The position numbers and the translations under genes were made by a program. DNA of 35,833 nt from Parvularia atlantis. Its lineage: Eukaryota. Within the stretch, counting starts at the first letter, position 1, and every line of letters starts with the position of its first letter. This document shows positions 10,996 through 22,900 of the stretch, in pieces. Location: the NCBI GenBank assembly GCA_943704415.1, contig CALSCO010001383.1:1-35833 (forward strand), read 5' to 3'. Under the pieces are notes generated by a model, which did no database searches, was not told the DNA's origin, and saw only the letters and a list, made by a program, of their open reading frames with translations.

Positions 10996-11981
10996 TCAAT
11001 GCTCGGTGGGCTGCGCCCACTTGGGCACGAGCCGGCCGCAGATGCGCCACGGCCCCTTCTGCGCGACGTGGCTCTCCAGCACGACGTGCTCGACGATCTC
11101 GCGCGTCCTCTCGGGCGCGCGCCCCAGCGGCCCAAAGCCCTGCGCCGATCGTGACGTCAGGCACGGCGCACACGCGGTCGCATGCTCGCACCTGCTGGAC
11201 GTGCATCCGCACGGTCACCTGCGCAAACTCAACCACGTTGCGCTCCGACTGGGCCAGGCGCACGTTGACCACGCGCGCCCGCTCCGAAAAGCCGGCGATG
11301 TGCCACGCCTTGGACGCCGTCTTGTGATCACGCGCCACGATCTCGCGCTTAAACTCCTGCGCGTGTGTGGTCGGCGAACGCGGCCCCGGCGCGGCAACCG
11401 CAGCGGGCGCACCGTGTAGACGTTGTCCGAGACGAGCTTGCGCAGCTCGAGCAGGTCGCCGCTGTCACGTGCGTGAGCCGACGCACACCCGCACGGCGCA
11501 GGACACGCACGCCACAAACGCGCGCGTCATGCGCTCGTACATGCCCTGCGCCTCGCTCGCGAACGGGATCGGCTGCCACGACGGCAGCGTGCGCTTGAGC
11601 TGCGCCGTGCTGCGGGCGCGCGTCACACGAGCGATGCCAACACCCACCCGATGCCCGACGCGCGCACAAGTACGTCGCACGCGCGTACAGCGTCACATTG
11701 CGGATGCGCTCGCGCCAGCCCAGCGAGCTGAAGATCGAGTGCAGCGCGCTGCGCGGCGTCGGCACGCCCTTGTCGAACACGAAGCCCGGCGAGCCGGCCG
11801 CCGTGATGCGCCCCTCGGCCATCGCGCGGGCCGGCGCGGCGAGCAGCGGCGGGGCGCGCGCGAGCGGTGCCGGGCGCAGCAACACGGTGCCTGCCGCGCG
11901 CGCGTCGTGTCAGTTCTGGTGCCAGCAGAGGCCCGCGCAGCCGCAGGGCGCACCCACGAAGTGCGCAAGTCGCCGTTGCAT
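10996..11981 (-). CDS. MRPL45: Tim44-like domain mitochondrial ribosome protein mL45/Mba1, 6 exons
   Basis: Arg-rich presequence MQRRLAHFVGTVLLRPAP; FASEAQGMYERMTRAFVA/GDLLELRKLVSDNVY; ARVVNVR, FAQVTVRMHVQQ, EIVEHVVLE, WRICGRLVPKW. Stop 10996-10998. Confidence 0.8.
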
Positions 11982-12001
11982 CGGTGGCACTTCACCACAA
12001 A

Positions 12002-12979
12002 ATGACGACCTCGGTAAAGACGGTCGCATCGCAGGCACGCCGGCAGCCGCCCCCTCGTAGCCGCCCCTCGCTGACGCCGCTGACGCACGCAGGTGCTCGC
12101 GATCGTCACCCGCGCGACGGCCGCGAGCGCCTGGCGCAGCGACGAGGCCGTGCTGCGGCGCCTGCTGTACAAGAACAAGAACCAGCACCGGTCCTCGCGG
12201 CAGTTCCGCGCGCTGCAGGAGGTGCTGCGGCACCTGCGCCACTTGCGCACGCGCCGGCGGCCGTCGCCCGACGCGCCCGATGCGGATGCTGCGCTGCTGG
12301 CGACGCGCGTGGACCAGCTGCTGCTGCTCGTCAAGGTGCGTGCTCGCCTTTGCCGATCGGCGCGCGAGACGTAGGCTTGCTCACATGTGTGCAGAGCGCC
12401 GACGTGCTCGTGACCGCGGCAGGGTGCGTGCGTGCGTGCGTGTGCTTTCGCTTGCGCAACGGCTGAGCAGGGGGCCGCGTGCGCGCAGCAAGTTCTACGA
12501 GTGGCTCATGAACACGCACTTCATGCCGTTCACCCTCACGACATTCGCGGCGTTCGCGCGGCTGCACACGCTGCACACGCTGGCCATCGGGCGCGCGCGT
12601 GACCTCGTGCTGCGCCAGCAGGCCGCGGGCGCCGCGCTGCCCGAGTGCGCTGCCTTCATGGCCGCATCGGCGCCGCCCGCCGTCGTCCTCGCCGCGCTGT
12701 TTCCGCACGCGCCATCACCAGCGCCTGCCTCGGCCGCCGCAGGACCGGCGTCGTGCGTGGATCCGCGCGTATGGTGCCGTCGCATATCTGACCCTTCCAA
12801 CGCGCACACGCAGCACGACACCGCCCAAGCGCGCCCTCGCGGACGACGACGACATCGGCGGTGCGTGCACCGACGCACGTGCTCAGCATCACCTCGCGCC
12901 TGACCACGGGCAACGCGCAGAGGTCGTGTCGCGCGTCGTCCCAACGACATCATCGCGAAAGCGAGAGCGGCGGCTGTAG
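12002..12979 (+). CDS. NEPRO: RNase MRP subunit Rmp1 / NEPRO (DUF4477) family, multi-exon
   Basis: EAVLRRLLYKNKNQHRSSRQFRALQEV, WLMNTHFMPFTLTTFAAFARL, C-terminal DDDDIGEVVSR. Stop TAG 12977-12979. Confidence 0.8.
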
Positions 12980-13023
12980 GCATGGCGGCGTGTCACACTT
13001 CGCCACAAGGCCACGTGGCGGCG

Positions 13024-16000
13024 ATGCAGCTCGCGGAGCCCTTTGTCCTGGCCGCGGTGGGCGCGGTCGCGGGCGTGGCGCGCGGCGGCGACGGCGGCAC
13101 GGCACTCGTGACGGCGCACGGCAGCGGCTTCTACCTGTACAACGTGCGCGCGCGCGTGCAAACGGCGCGTGTGCAGACGGCACGCAGCTCATAACGATGA
13201 CGCAGGTCGCAGAGCGCAAGTGCGTCCGCAGCTGGTCCGTCCGGCCCAACGTGCGCTTCGCGGCCGCCGGCGCGGCGGTGCTGCACGGCCGCGCGCAGCA
13301 GCTGTACGCGGTCGACGCCGCGGGCGCCGTGCTCAGCTGGCCGCTGGGCAGCACGGGGCTAGGCGACGTCCAGGCGCGGCACAAGGTGCGCGCACCGTGG
13401 CTGCCCCGTGCCTGCGCTCACGCTGCCTGCGCAGCTCGGCAAGGAGGCGTACGCGGTCGTTAGCTGCGCGGGCCTGCCGCACGTGCTCGCCGTTGCGGCC
13501 GATGGTCACGTCGCGCCGCTCGCGGACGACGGCACGTGCATCGCCCAGCCGTGGACGTGGCCCGACGCGGCCGTCGCGCGGGGCAAGGGGTGCGCGTCAC
13601 CACCACTGCTGCTGCTGCTGCTGCTGACCGAGCGACGCATCGCAGCTCGCGCGTTGTGCATGCCGAGGCCGCGGGGCCAGAGACGCTTGTGCTCGTCCTC
13701 GTGACCGCCGTCGAGGACGCCGAGGCCGCGACCGACCGCGCTACGCTATGCGTCGTGCGCTTCGACCCGGCCGACGGCAGTATCGCCAGCACGATCGCGG
13801 CCGACGTGTCTGCAGAGCCGGTGCGGCCGCGCTTGACGCCGCACGAGACGTCACATGCTGACAGCGTTGCACAGCCGACGCGTTCGCGCAAGGCCGCCGC
13901 CGCCAAGGCCGCAGCAGCAGCAGCAGCGACACCGCCCGTGCGGCCGCACGTGGTCGCGTGCAGCGTCGAGCATCACGGGCACGCCGTCGCCGTGCTCTGT
14001 GCGCGCCAGTCGCAGTCGCGCAGTGCTGCACGTCTCACCGCGCATCGCAGGGTCCACGGGCGCGCTGGACGTCTGGTCGGTGCAGGACGACGTGGTCACG
14101 CGCCAAATCAGCCTGCCGCTCAAGGGCCTGGACGGGCTCGGCGCCCGCACGGCGCCTAGCGACGACGTGCCGGTTGGCGTGTGCCTGCCGCACCCGACCT
14201 GCGCCGTCATCTTTGGCCACAAGGCCGGCAACGGTGCGGGCCCGTTGCGCGCCGTGCACCGTGCTGATGTGCGGCGCGGCAGATCTGCTCACCGTCTGGG
14301 ACCTCAAGTTTGGCACGCTACAGGCCGAGAGCGAGCTGTCGACGCTCGGGCTGACGGCGCCCGCGCTCGCCGCCCGCTCCACGGTGCAGGTGCGCGCCGG
14401 CGTGCGGCAACGTGCGCCTGCATGCTGACCAGTTGCCGCAGCTGGTGAGCATGCCGACGGTGGCGGCGGGGCACAACGTGTTTGTGGCGACGGCCATCGG
14501 CGTGCGCGTCGTGCCGCTGACGCTTGACGAGGTGTGCTGCCGTGCGCATGCCGCTACCGGCCGGCTGAGCCATGTGCGCGTGCGAGCAGAAGGGGCCGTC
14601 GCTGCTGAGCGCGCTGGGACGGCTGTCGGCGTCGGTGCCGTACCTGGCGCGCGACACAAGCAAGAGCAGCCTGCAGCCGCCGCTCCGCACGATTATCAAG
14701 GCCGACAACTTGGTGCGCGCACGGCGCCGTGCACGTGCCTGTGCGCTTGGCCTGACGCGCGACGCGGCGTCAGCTCGCCTCTGAATCGATGGACGAGTGG
14801 GCGCGCAAGGTCAGGATGGCCAACGCCGAGGAGGCCGCGATCGTAAAGCAGCTCGCCGACGCGCCCGACCACGCCACCTTCTCGAGCCTGTTCTTCAAGT
14901 ACGTACGCTCGGGCGGCGACAAGCAGGACCTGGCGAGCATCTCCGTGGCCGTGCGGACGCGCGCGAGTGCCGAACTTGAGACCGACGAGAACGATGAGAA
15001 GGACGAGGACGAGGAGGTGGACGGCGACGACGGAACTGCGGCCGAGACGGAGGACAACGCGGACAACGACGCGGACGTGGACAGCACGGCGGGTGCGGAC
15101 GGCACGGCGGGCGCGCACGACGGCGCAGCAATGGACGTCGACGCGGGAGACGACAGCCGCCCAAGGAGACAGGTGCGCACCGGCGACGAGCGCCCGCGCC
15201 GCGGAAAGCGCAAGCGCCGCACGGTGCCGACGCAGCTGTCGCCGAGCTTCATCAACAGCGTATGTGGCTTCTGTCTCGACAGCAAGCGGTGCGCGAGAGG
15301 GTGGTATCGCGCCCGCGCGTCGTGCTTACCGCGCGGCCAGCTTCTTCGCCGACGACGTGCTGACGTACCTGATCGCGTCGCGCCTGCTTTCGGCCACGGC
15401 GCACCCGACGCTCCTGCCGACGCTGATCGACCGCCGCCAGCTGGTGCGGCGAGGGCTGTGCGGGCGCTGGGCACGCTGACGTGCCGCGGCAGAGGCTGCT
15501 GTCGCTCGCGCTGATGCACGTGTACGACATCCCCGAGCTCGCGCTGGTCGACGTGCTGCACTTTGTGCTGTCGGAGGTGCTTTGCCGCCCGCGGTGCGTG
15601 AGGCCGTGCTCACGCGCACCTCTCGCCAGGCGTCGAGCAAGATCTTTGCCGACTTTGTGCGCGACGAGGAGCGGCGCACGGACCTACCCCTGCTGCTCCC
15701 GGGCGACGACGTACGGTGCCTGATCCTGTGCGTGCGGCTGCTGCCGCCCGCGCTCTCATGCTGGCTGACTTGCGTGTGCAGGTACCTTGTGCTGTCGGCG
15801 CCGCGCAACGACGTCTTCATGTGGCCGTGCCTCAAGACGCTGACGATGGGCGAAGTGCAGGTGCGTCGTGGGACGGCGGGCACGGGGTAGCCGGTTGGCT
15901 GACACGCGCGCCGGCGACGCAGGACCTGCTCACGTTCCTGCTCAACATGGTGCAGCGCTTCCAGGCGACGGCAGACGCGCGCCTGCGCAACCAGGTCGCG

Positions 16001-16320
16001 GCGCGCGTGCCGTCGTTCCGGCAGGTCGTCGACTGGATCGCGCTGCTGATGGACGTGCACTTCACCCAGCTGATCCTCTCGGCCGAGGTGCACGACCTGC
16101 TCGAGATGCTGCAGGCGCGCAGCGTGCACGCGCATGTGCAGTGTGCCGTGCTGCCGTGCTGACGCTGCTTGCATGCGCACAGATGGCCGTGTCGGAGCAC
16201 ATCCGCTTCTGCGACAGCATCGAGGGCATCAAGGGCTACCTGCGCATGTTCCGCCATCGCAACGCGCTCATCACCGCGCCCGAGGTGGGCGACTACCAGA
16301 TAGAGGTGCTGCACATGTGA
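13024..16320 (+). CDS. NOL11: Nucleolar protein 11 (Utp8 counterpart, SSU processome), multi-exon; in-frame upstream ATG at 12982
   Basis: N-terminal MQLAEPFVL..LVTAHGSGFYLYN/VAERKCVRSWSVRP; LTVWDLKFGTLQA; C-terminal VPSFRQVVDWIALLMDVHFTQLIL and GDYQIEVLHM*. Acidic insert with NLS-like RPRRGKRKRR. Confidence 0.85.
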
Positions 16321-16357
16321 TGAGCATGCGAAGCGGCGGCAGTACACACGCGGCCCC

Positions 16358-16928
16358 TCACGGTGCCTCTCTCCCGCGATCGGCCTCGGCGGGCGCGGCC
16401 GGCGCGGCGGGTCGCACGGCACTGCGCAGCGGTGCGATCGTGCGCCCGATCGCCTGCGAGTAGGCCGGCAGCGTGCGGCGCATCACGGCTGAGAACTCGC
16501 GCACCTGCGCGCGCACGCGGCTCAGCCTCGCCGCCGCGCGCAGCAGCCGTGCCACGGCACGCACGTCGCGCACGTCCAGCCAGCGCATCACGCCCCACAT
16601 GACCGCGGCCGTCCCGCCGCACGCGAGCAGCGTGCCGATGCCGAACGCCTTGAGCGCGAGCAGCGGCGGGCTGAAGTCGAGCGGCGCCGCGGCCGCTGCT
16701 GCTGCTGCTGCCGCCGCCGATGCGACGGCGCCTTTGGGTGCACGATGAGCCGACGTGCGCCGCGATCGCACGTGGCGCACCAGGCGGCGGCGGCGGCGCG
16801 CGCTGCATCGACACGGCGGCGACGACGGCGGCCGCGGACGCGAACGAGACCGCGCCGAAGCCGGCGAAGAAGCGCGCGGCCTGGTCCTCGAGGCGCGCGC
16901 GCTCTTGCGGCTGCTCCGCATCCGGCAT
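16358..16928 (-). CDS. TMEM242: TMEM242/DUF1358-like mitochondrial inner-membrane protein, 3 exons
   Basis: First TM FFAGFGAVSFASAAAVVAAVS; LLALKAFGIGTLLACGGTAAVMWGVMRWLDVRD/VREFSAVMR matches the ALxALGxGTL..GV....F...M pattern. Confidence 0.7.
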
Positions 16929-16949
16929 GGTTGGGAACGCTCAATTGCG

Positions 16950-19900
16950 ATGGCCGCGGAAGGCAGCGCCGTGAAGGTCGTCGTGCGGGTGCGCCCGCTC
17001 AACGCGCGCGAGGAGGCGCTGCGGTGCAAGCCATGCATCAGCATGAGCGGCCACACGACGGTCATCACGGGGTCCGGGGTGCGTGCGGCGTGCGGGGGGA
17101 GGGGCCGGCGCGGTGTCACCCACCTGACGAACATTCCGCACGCGCGCCCGACGCACGCGCGGCCCGCATCAACCCCAGGGCAAGACGCACCAGTTCGCGT
17201 TCGACCACTCGTACTGGTCCATGAGCGCGGACGACGCGCACTACGTCTCGCAGGAGCAGGTGTTCAACGACCTCGGCGTGTCGACGCTCAACCACGCCTT
17301 TGAGGGCTTCAACGTCTGCATCTTCGCGTACGGCCAGGTGCGGCGCGCGTGCCCGGCCCTCGCGTCCCGTGTGCTGCACTGACGTGGCGTGCGCAGACCG
17401 GCTCGGGCAAGTGCGTCGCAGCGGCATTCGCCGTGCCGCTCGTGCGCTCGCTGACGCGCAGAGGGGCGCGCGCGCACACACAGGTCGTACACGATGATGG
17501 GCTACGGCGACCAGCGCGGCCTGATCCCGCGCACGTGCGACGAGCTGTTCCAGCGCATCGCGAGCAACCAGGACCCCAATCTGACGTACCGCGTCGAGGT
17601 CAGCTACATGGAAATCTACAACGAGAAGGCGCGCGCGCGGCCGTCGGGCGCGTGCCGCGCGCGATGCTCATGCCGATCGACGTCGGCAGGTGCGCGACCT
17701 GCTCAACCCCAACAACAAGGGCAACCTCAAGGTGCGCGAGCACCCCGTGCTCGGCCCGTACGTGGAGGACCTGGCCAAGGTCGTCGTGTCGTCGTTCAGC
17801 GACATTGAGCAGCTGATGGACGAGGGCAACAAGGCAAGTCTTGCGCGCAGCGGGCGCATCCGCTCACGCGCCGCCGCTCTCGCGCACCCGGCAGTCGCGC
17901 ACCGTGGCCGCGACCAACATGAACGAGACGAGCTCGCGCTCGCACGCCGTCTTCACCATGTTCTTCTCGCAGGAGCGCCGCGACGAGGCCACGGGCCTCT
18001 CGTCCGAGAAGGTCAGCAAGATCAGCCTGGTGGACCTGGCGGGCAGCGAGCGCGCCGACTCGACCGGCGCGACGGGCGCGCGCCTGAAGGAGGGCGCCAA
18101 CATCAACAAGTCGCTCACGACGCTCGGCCTCGTCATCTCGGCGCTGGTGTGGCGCCTCGCGCTTGCCCGCACAGGCGATGCTGAGGCGCTCGATGCGCAG
18201 GCCGACCAGTCCAACCCGGAGAAGAAGAAGAAGGGCAAGAACGCGGCCGACTTTGTGCCCTACCGCGACTCGGTGCTGACCTGGTGCGTGCTTCGCCGTC
18301 TGCAAGCTGGGCGCGCACAGCCGACCGGTTCGCGCGCAGGCTGCTCAAAGACAACCTCGGCGGCAACTCGAAGACGACGATGATCGCCGCGCTGTCGCCG
18401 GCCGACGTCAACTACGAGGAGACGCTGAGCACGCTGCGGTGCGCGCCGGCATGGCGCTGTGCTGTGTGTGCTGAACCGGTCGCGCGCATTGCAGGTACGC
18501 CGACCGCGCCAAGCGCATCGTCAACCAGGCCGTGGTCAACGAGGACCCGAACGCGAAGCTCATCCGTGAGCTCAAGGACGAGCTCAACCGGCTGCGCGGT
18601 GCGGCCGCGTGCACGAGCATGCCTGTCTGTTGCGCAGGCTCACCCTGTTCTGCGCAGCGATGCTCGCCTCGGGCGGCGCGGGCGCTCTGCTGTCGGACGG
18701 TGTGAGCGGCCTGAGCGCACCGCCGGGCACAACGGGTGCGGCGTGCGCAGGCCCTCTGTCGACCGCGCGAAGCTAACGCGCCTTCGCAGTGGCGGAGCAG
18801 CTGGCTGCGTCCGAGAAGCTCATGGCCGAGGCGAACGAGTCGCTCGACGACAAGCTGCGGCGCACGCAGGAGATCCAGCGCGAGCGCGAGCGCGCCCTCG
18901 AGGAGATGGGCGTGGCGATCAAGACGGGCGACAAGGGCACGATCGGTGCGCTGCGTGCCACGGACGTGCGCCACCGCCCCTTGCTGATCCGCAGACGCCG
19001 CGCGCGGCCAGGCCTGTCGTCGCCGCAGAAGCTGCCGCACCTAATCAACTTGAACGAGGATCCGCTGATGTCCGAGTGCCTGCTGTACTACATCAAGGAG
19101 GGCATCACGCGCGTGGGCACGCACGACACCGAGGTGCAGCCCCCGTGTCGCCGTGCGCCTCTGCGCGAGCGCCACCAACGCGCAGGCGGCAGGTGCTGCA
19201 GGACATTCAACTAAGCGGTGCGGGCGTGCTGCCGGAGCACTGCCTGTTTGAGAACACGGGTGGGACAGTGTCGATCACGCCGCTCGAAGGTTGGTGGGCG
19301 ATGCACGCGCGTGCTAGCACCGCATGGCTGACGCCCCGCTCCAGGCAGCCAGACGTACGTCAATGGGCAGCTGGCGACCGAGCCGCGCACAATCACGAGC
19401 GGGTCGCGCATCATCATCGGCAAGAACCACGTCTTCCGCTTCAACAACCCGATCGAAGCGCGCCAGCGGCTGATCGACTCGACCGCATCGACGCCGCTGA
19501 GGTCTGTGGGCGGTCGCGCCTCCAGCTCGGACGGCTGACACGCTCGCACGCAGCCCCAAAGCCAGCCGCGAGGGGCTCACGACCGACTGGCAGTACGCCC
19601 AGCGCGAGTTGCTCAAGGCGCAGGGCCTGCTGCTCGACGACGAGAAGCTCGAGGTGCGCGCCGCACTGTTGCCGTGCGCTGCTCCCGCTGACCGGCCCGG
19701 GCGCGCGCGCGCAGGACATGGAGAAGCAGAAGCAGCTGGAGATCGACGAGCGCGTGCGCGAGATGGAGGAGCGCTTCCGGTGCGTCTGCGCGTCCTAGCA
19801 TCTCTCGCACTCATAGCTGCCCTGACGTGGCCGCACCAGGCGCGAGAAGGAGGCCGCGGACCGTGAGCTCGAGCAGCAGCGGCAGGAGTACGAGACGCGG

Positions 19901-22900
19901 CTGCGGCAGATGGAGGCACGCTGACGTGGGCTGCACGCCACATGCCGCTCATTACGTGGGCGCAGGCCGAGTCGCGTGCCATCGCCGCACTGTCGTCGCC
20001 GCCCATGTCCACGCCCGGGTCTCCGCCGCCGTCGTCCACGACGCCGGGCACGTCGGCGCAGGCATCGCGGCGGCTCCTACGCCTAGCCGCGCGGGTCGTG
20101 CGCAAGTGGCGCTTCTACCGGTACACGTCGCTCAAGGACGAGCTGCTGACGTCGGCGGTGCTGCTGAAGGCGCGCCGCGACCGGGTCGCACCGCGGCGCA
20201 CGGGTGCCGACTGGCGCGCGCGCGCCGCAGGAGGCGAACGCGATCAGCAAGGAGCTCAACAAGGGCGTGTCGTTTCAGTTCTGCCTCCAAGCCGAGACGC
20301 CGTACTCGCCCAAGCTGGCCATCGTGCCTGTGTACGTGGGCCGACGACGGACGGCCGGCCCGCTCGGCGCTCACGCTCGCGCACGCAGACCGTCGCGCAA
20401 TTCGATCTTTGTCGACCGCAAGATCACCATTGCGGTCGAGGTCGACGACCGCCGGCAGCACGCGCAGCACGTGTGGGAGCTGAGCGAGGTGCGCGCGTGT
20501 GACGCCGTGCCTGCTCGCGTGCTGTGCCTGACGGCCCCGGGCGCGCCGCAGCTGAAGAAGCGCATCTTCGACATGCGCGAGCTGTACAACAGCATCCCGG
20601 GCTACCACGCGGGCAGCCTCGGCGGCAACGACAGCAACGACCCGTTCTACAACTTTCCGCGCTCGGCGCAGTTCCTCGGTGCGGGCGCGCAAGGCTGCGG
20701 CCTGCGCTTGTACAACGCTGACGTGCGACCGCAGGCCGCGGCTACATGTACCTACGGCCGCTGCTGTACCGGCTCACGCTCACGCACCGTCTCGCGATCG
20801 TCTCGGACAAGGGCGACATCCGCGGGCACGTGACCGTGACGCTGCGCTCGGACGGCGTGGCCGACGCGGCGGGCAAGGTACGCCTCGACGCGGCAGCTGT
20901 GCAACGCCTGACTGACGCCTGTTGCAGGGTGCACCGACGCTGCAGTTTGACAGCGCGAGCGAGGCCGCCCTGTCGAGCTCGCGCGAGACCATGGACCTGG
21001 ACGACCAGCTGTCGGTGACGACCGACACGGCCACGTCGCTCGACTCGGAGGCGGTGCCGCGCATCAACCTGCCGGGCGGGTCCGGGGCGCAGGCCGACCA
21101 GGTGCGGGTCCGTGCATGCCTCGCAGTAGGGCTTGCCGACTGACGGCGTGCCGTGTGTGGTGCAGCTGGCCGCGGCGCCGCTCGGCGTGAGCGTGGGCGA
21201 CACGCTGCTGTTTGCCGTGACGATCGAGAGCGCCGAGCTCGAGGACAGCGGCGACAAGTACAGCGAGGTCATGTGCCAGTTCCGCTTCCTGAACGACCAG
21301 GGGCTCGTCTTCCCGACCGAGCGCAAGGGTGCGCCCCGTACAAGACGGCTTTGCTGCGTTTCTGACACACTCACGCGCGCAGGACGACCGTTCGCGTTCA
21401 ACCACACGAGCTTTGTGCGCGCGGTGGTGACGCCGCAGCTGATCACGCACTTCGAGCGCGGCGCCATCCCGATCGAGGCACGCAAGGCCGCTTGCTTGCA
21501 CGTGCACCGGCCTCACGCCCGCCCGCCCGCGCAGGTCATCGGGTACATGCACGCCTTGTCGCCTCTACCGGGCCGCTCACAGCCGCCTGCGCCGGTCACG
21601 TTCGCTTCGCCGCTCGTGCGGCCGCCGACCAACCCGTCGCTGTTGCCACCGCCGGTGCGCACGCGCTTCCTCGCGCCGCGTGCTGCGGTCGCTGACGGCA
21701 GACGCGTGCGCAGTCGCCCTCGACGCCGTCGTCCGGCACACTGTCGATGGCGTTCCTCACGGCCGACACGTACGCACGCGCCGGTGAAGTACCGTGCGTG
21801 GTCTGACGCGCCCCGCAGAGCTGCGGCGATGCCGACGCCGCTGTCGCCGGCGGCGTGGCCGATCCCGCGCTCATCTACAACGGTCGAGGTCGCCGACACG
21901 ACGGCGCGGGCCACGGTGCGTCGGTGGTGCGCGGTGCGGCTGAGGCACTGATCGCTGCCGAATCGCAGGCCGACAACACGCTCGGCAACGCGGGCATGCC
22001 TGGCAAAGTCGACGACACGCCCGCGAGCTCGCCGTTCGACCAGGAGCTCGACGTGCTCACGTGGTTCGAGATCAGCGAGCTGGTGCGGCGCCGCTCTGCG
22101 AGCGCGTACGCAGGGCTGAGCCGCGCGTGCGCAACCCAGGATGCCTCGGGCGAGTACCTGCCGGTGAACGTTGAGCCGATCATGGGCCGCGAGCGCGAGC
22201 TGTCTGCGGGCGTGTTCATGTGCCGCCAGGGCCTGCAGCGGCGCGTGTCGATCACGCTGGGCTCGCCCGAGTCGCCGACGTTCTCGTGGACGGGTGCGCG
22301 CGCGCGCTCGTGTGCGCTCGCGCGGCTGGAGCGGGCGGCTGAGCTCGCTGCATGCAGGCGCGTCCAAGCTGAGCATCAGCAACGTCCGCCTGTCGTCCGA
22401 GCCGCTCAAGGTCAACTCGACCAAGGGTGCGGGGGTGCCGCGCCGAGCGGGTGCGGCCGGGCTGACACAACGCGGTCGCAGTGCTGCTCAACATCATCCC
22501 GAACCAGACGGGCCTGCTGGACCACAGCGACGGCAAGGAGCTGCGCGTGCAGGCGGCGTGGGACAGGTGCTGGCCGCGCGTCGCATGGGCCCTGGCTGAC
22601 CGCTGACGGCGCGACTTGCGCACAGCTCGCTGCACGACTCGATCCACCTCAATCGCATCACCAACCCGAACGAGTTTGTGATTGTCACGATCGCGGCGCT
22701 CGTGGACGTGAGCATGGGGCGGCGACCGATCCTGATCATGAAGGACCTCAGGTGCGCGTGCGCGCAGGCGACACGGGCGGCACGGGCGGCACGGGCTTAG
22801 GCGCGGGCAGGCTGCGCATCCACGCGCGCGATGCCTCGTCGAGCTCCAGCAGCTTCCTGGACTTTCTGCTGTCCAAGCCGAAGAGCCGCGTGACCAAGAT

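Noticed and set aside
12014..12092. GC-AG first intron of NEPRO (donor at 12035)
   Set aside because: In-frame GT donors at 12014 and 12023 exist, so it is ambiguous and was not counted. The same applies to NOL11 16115.
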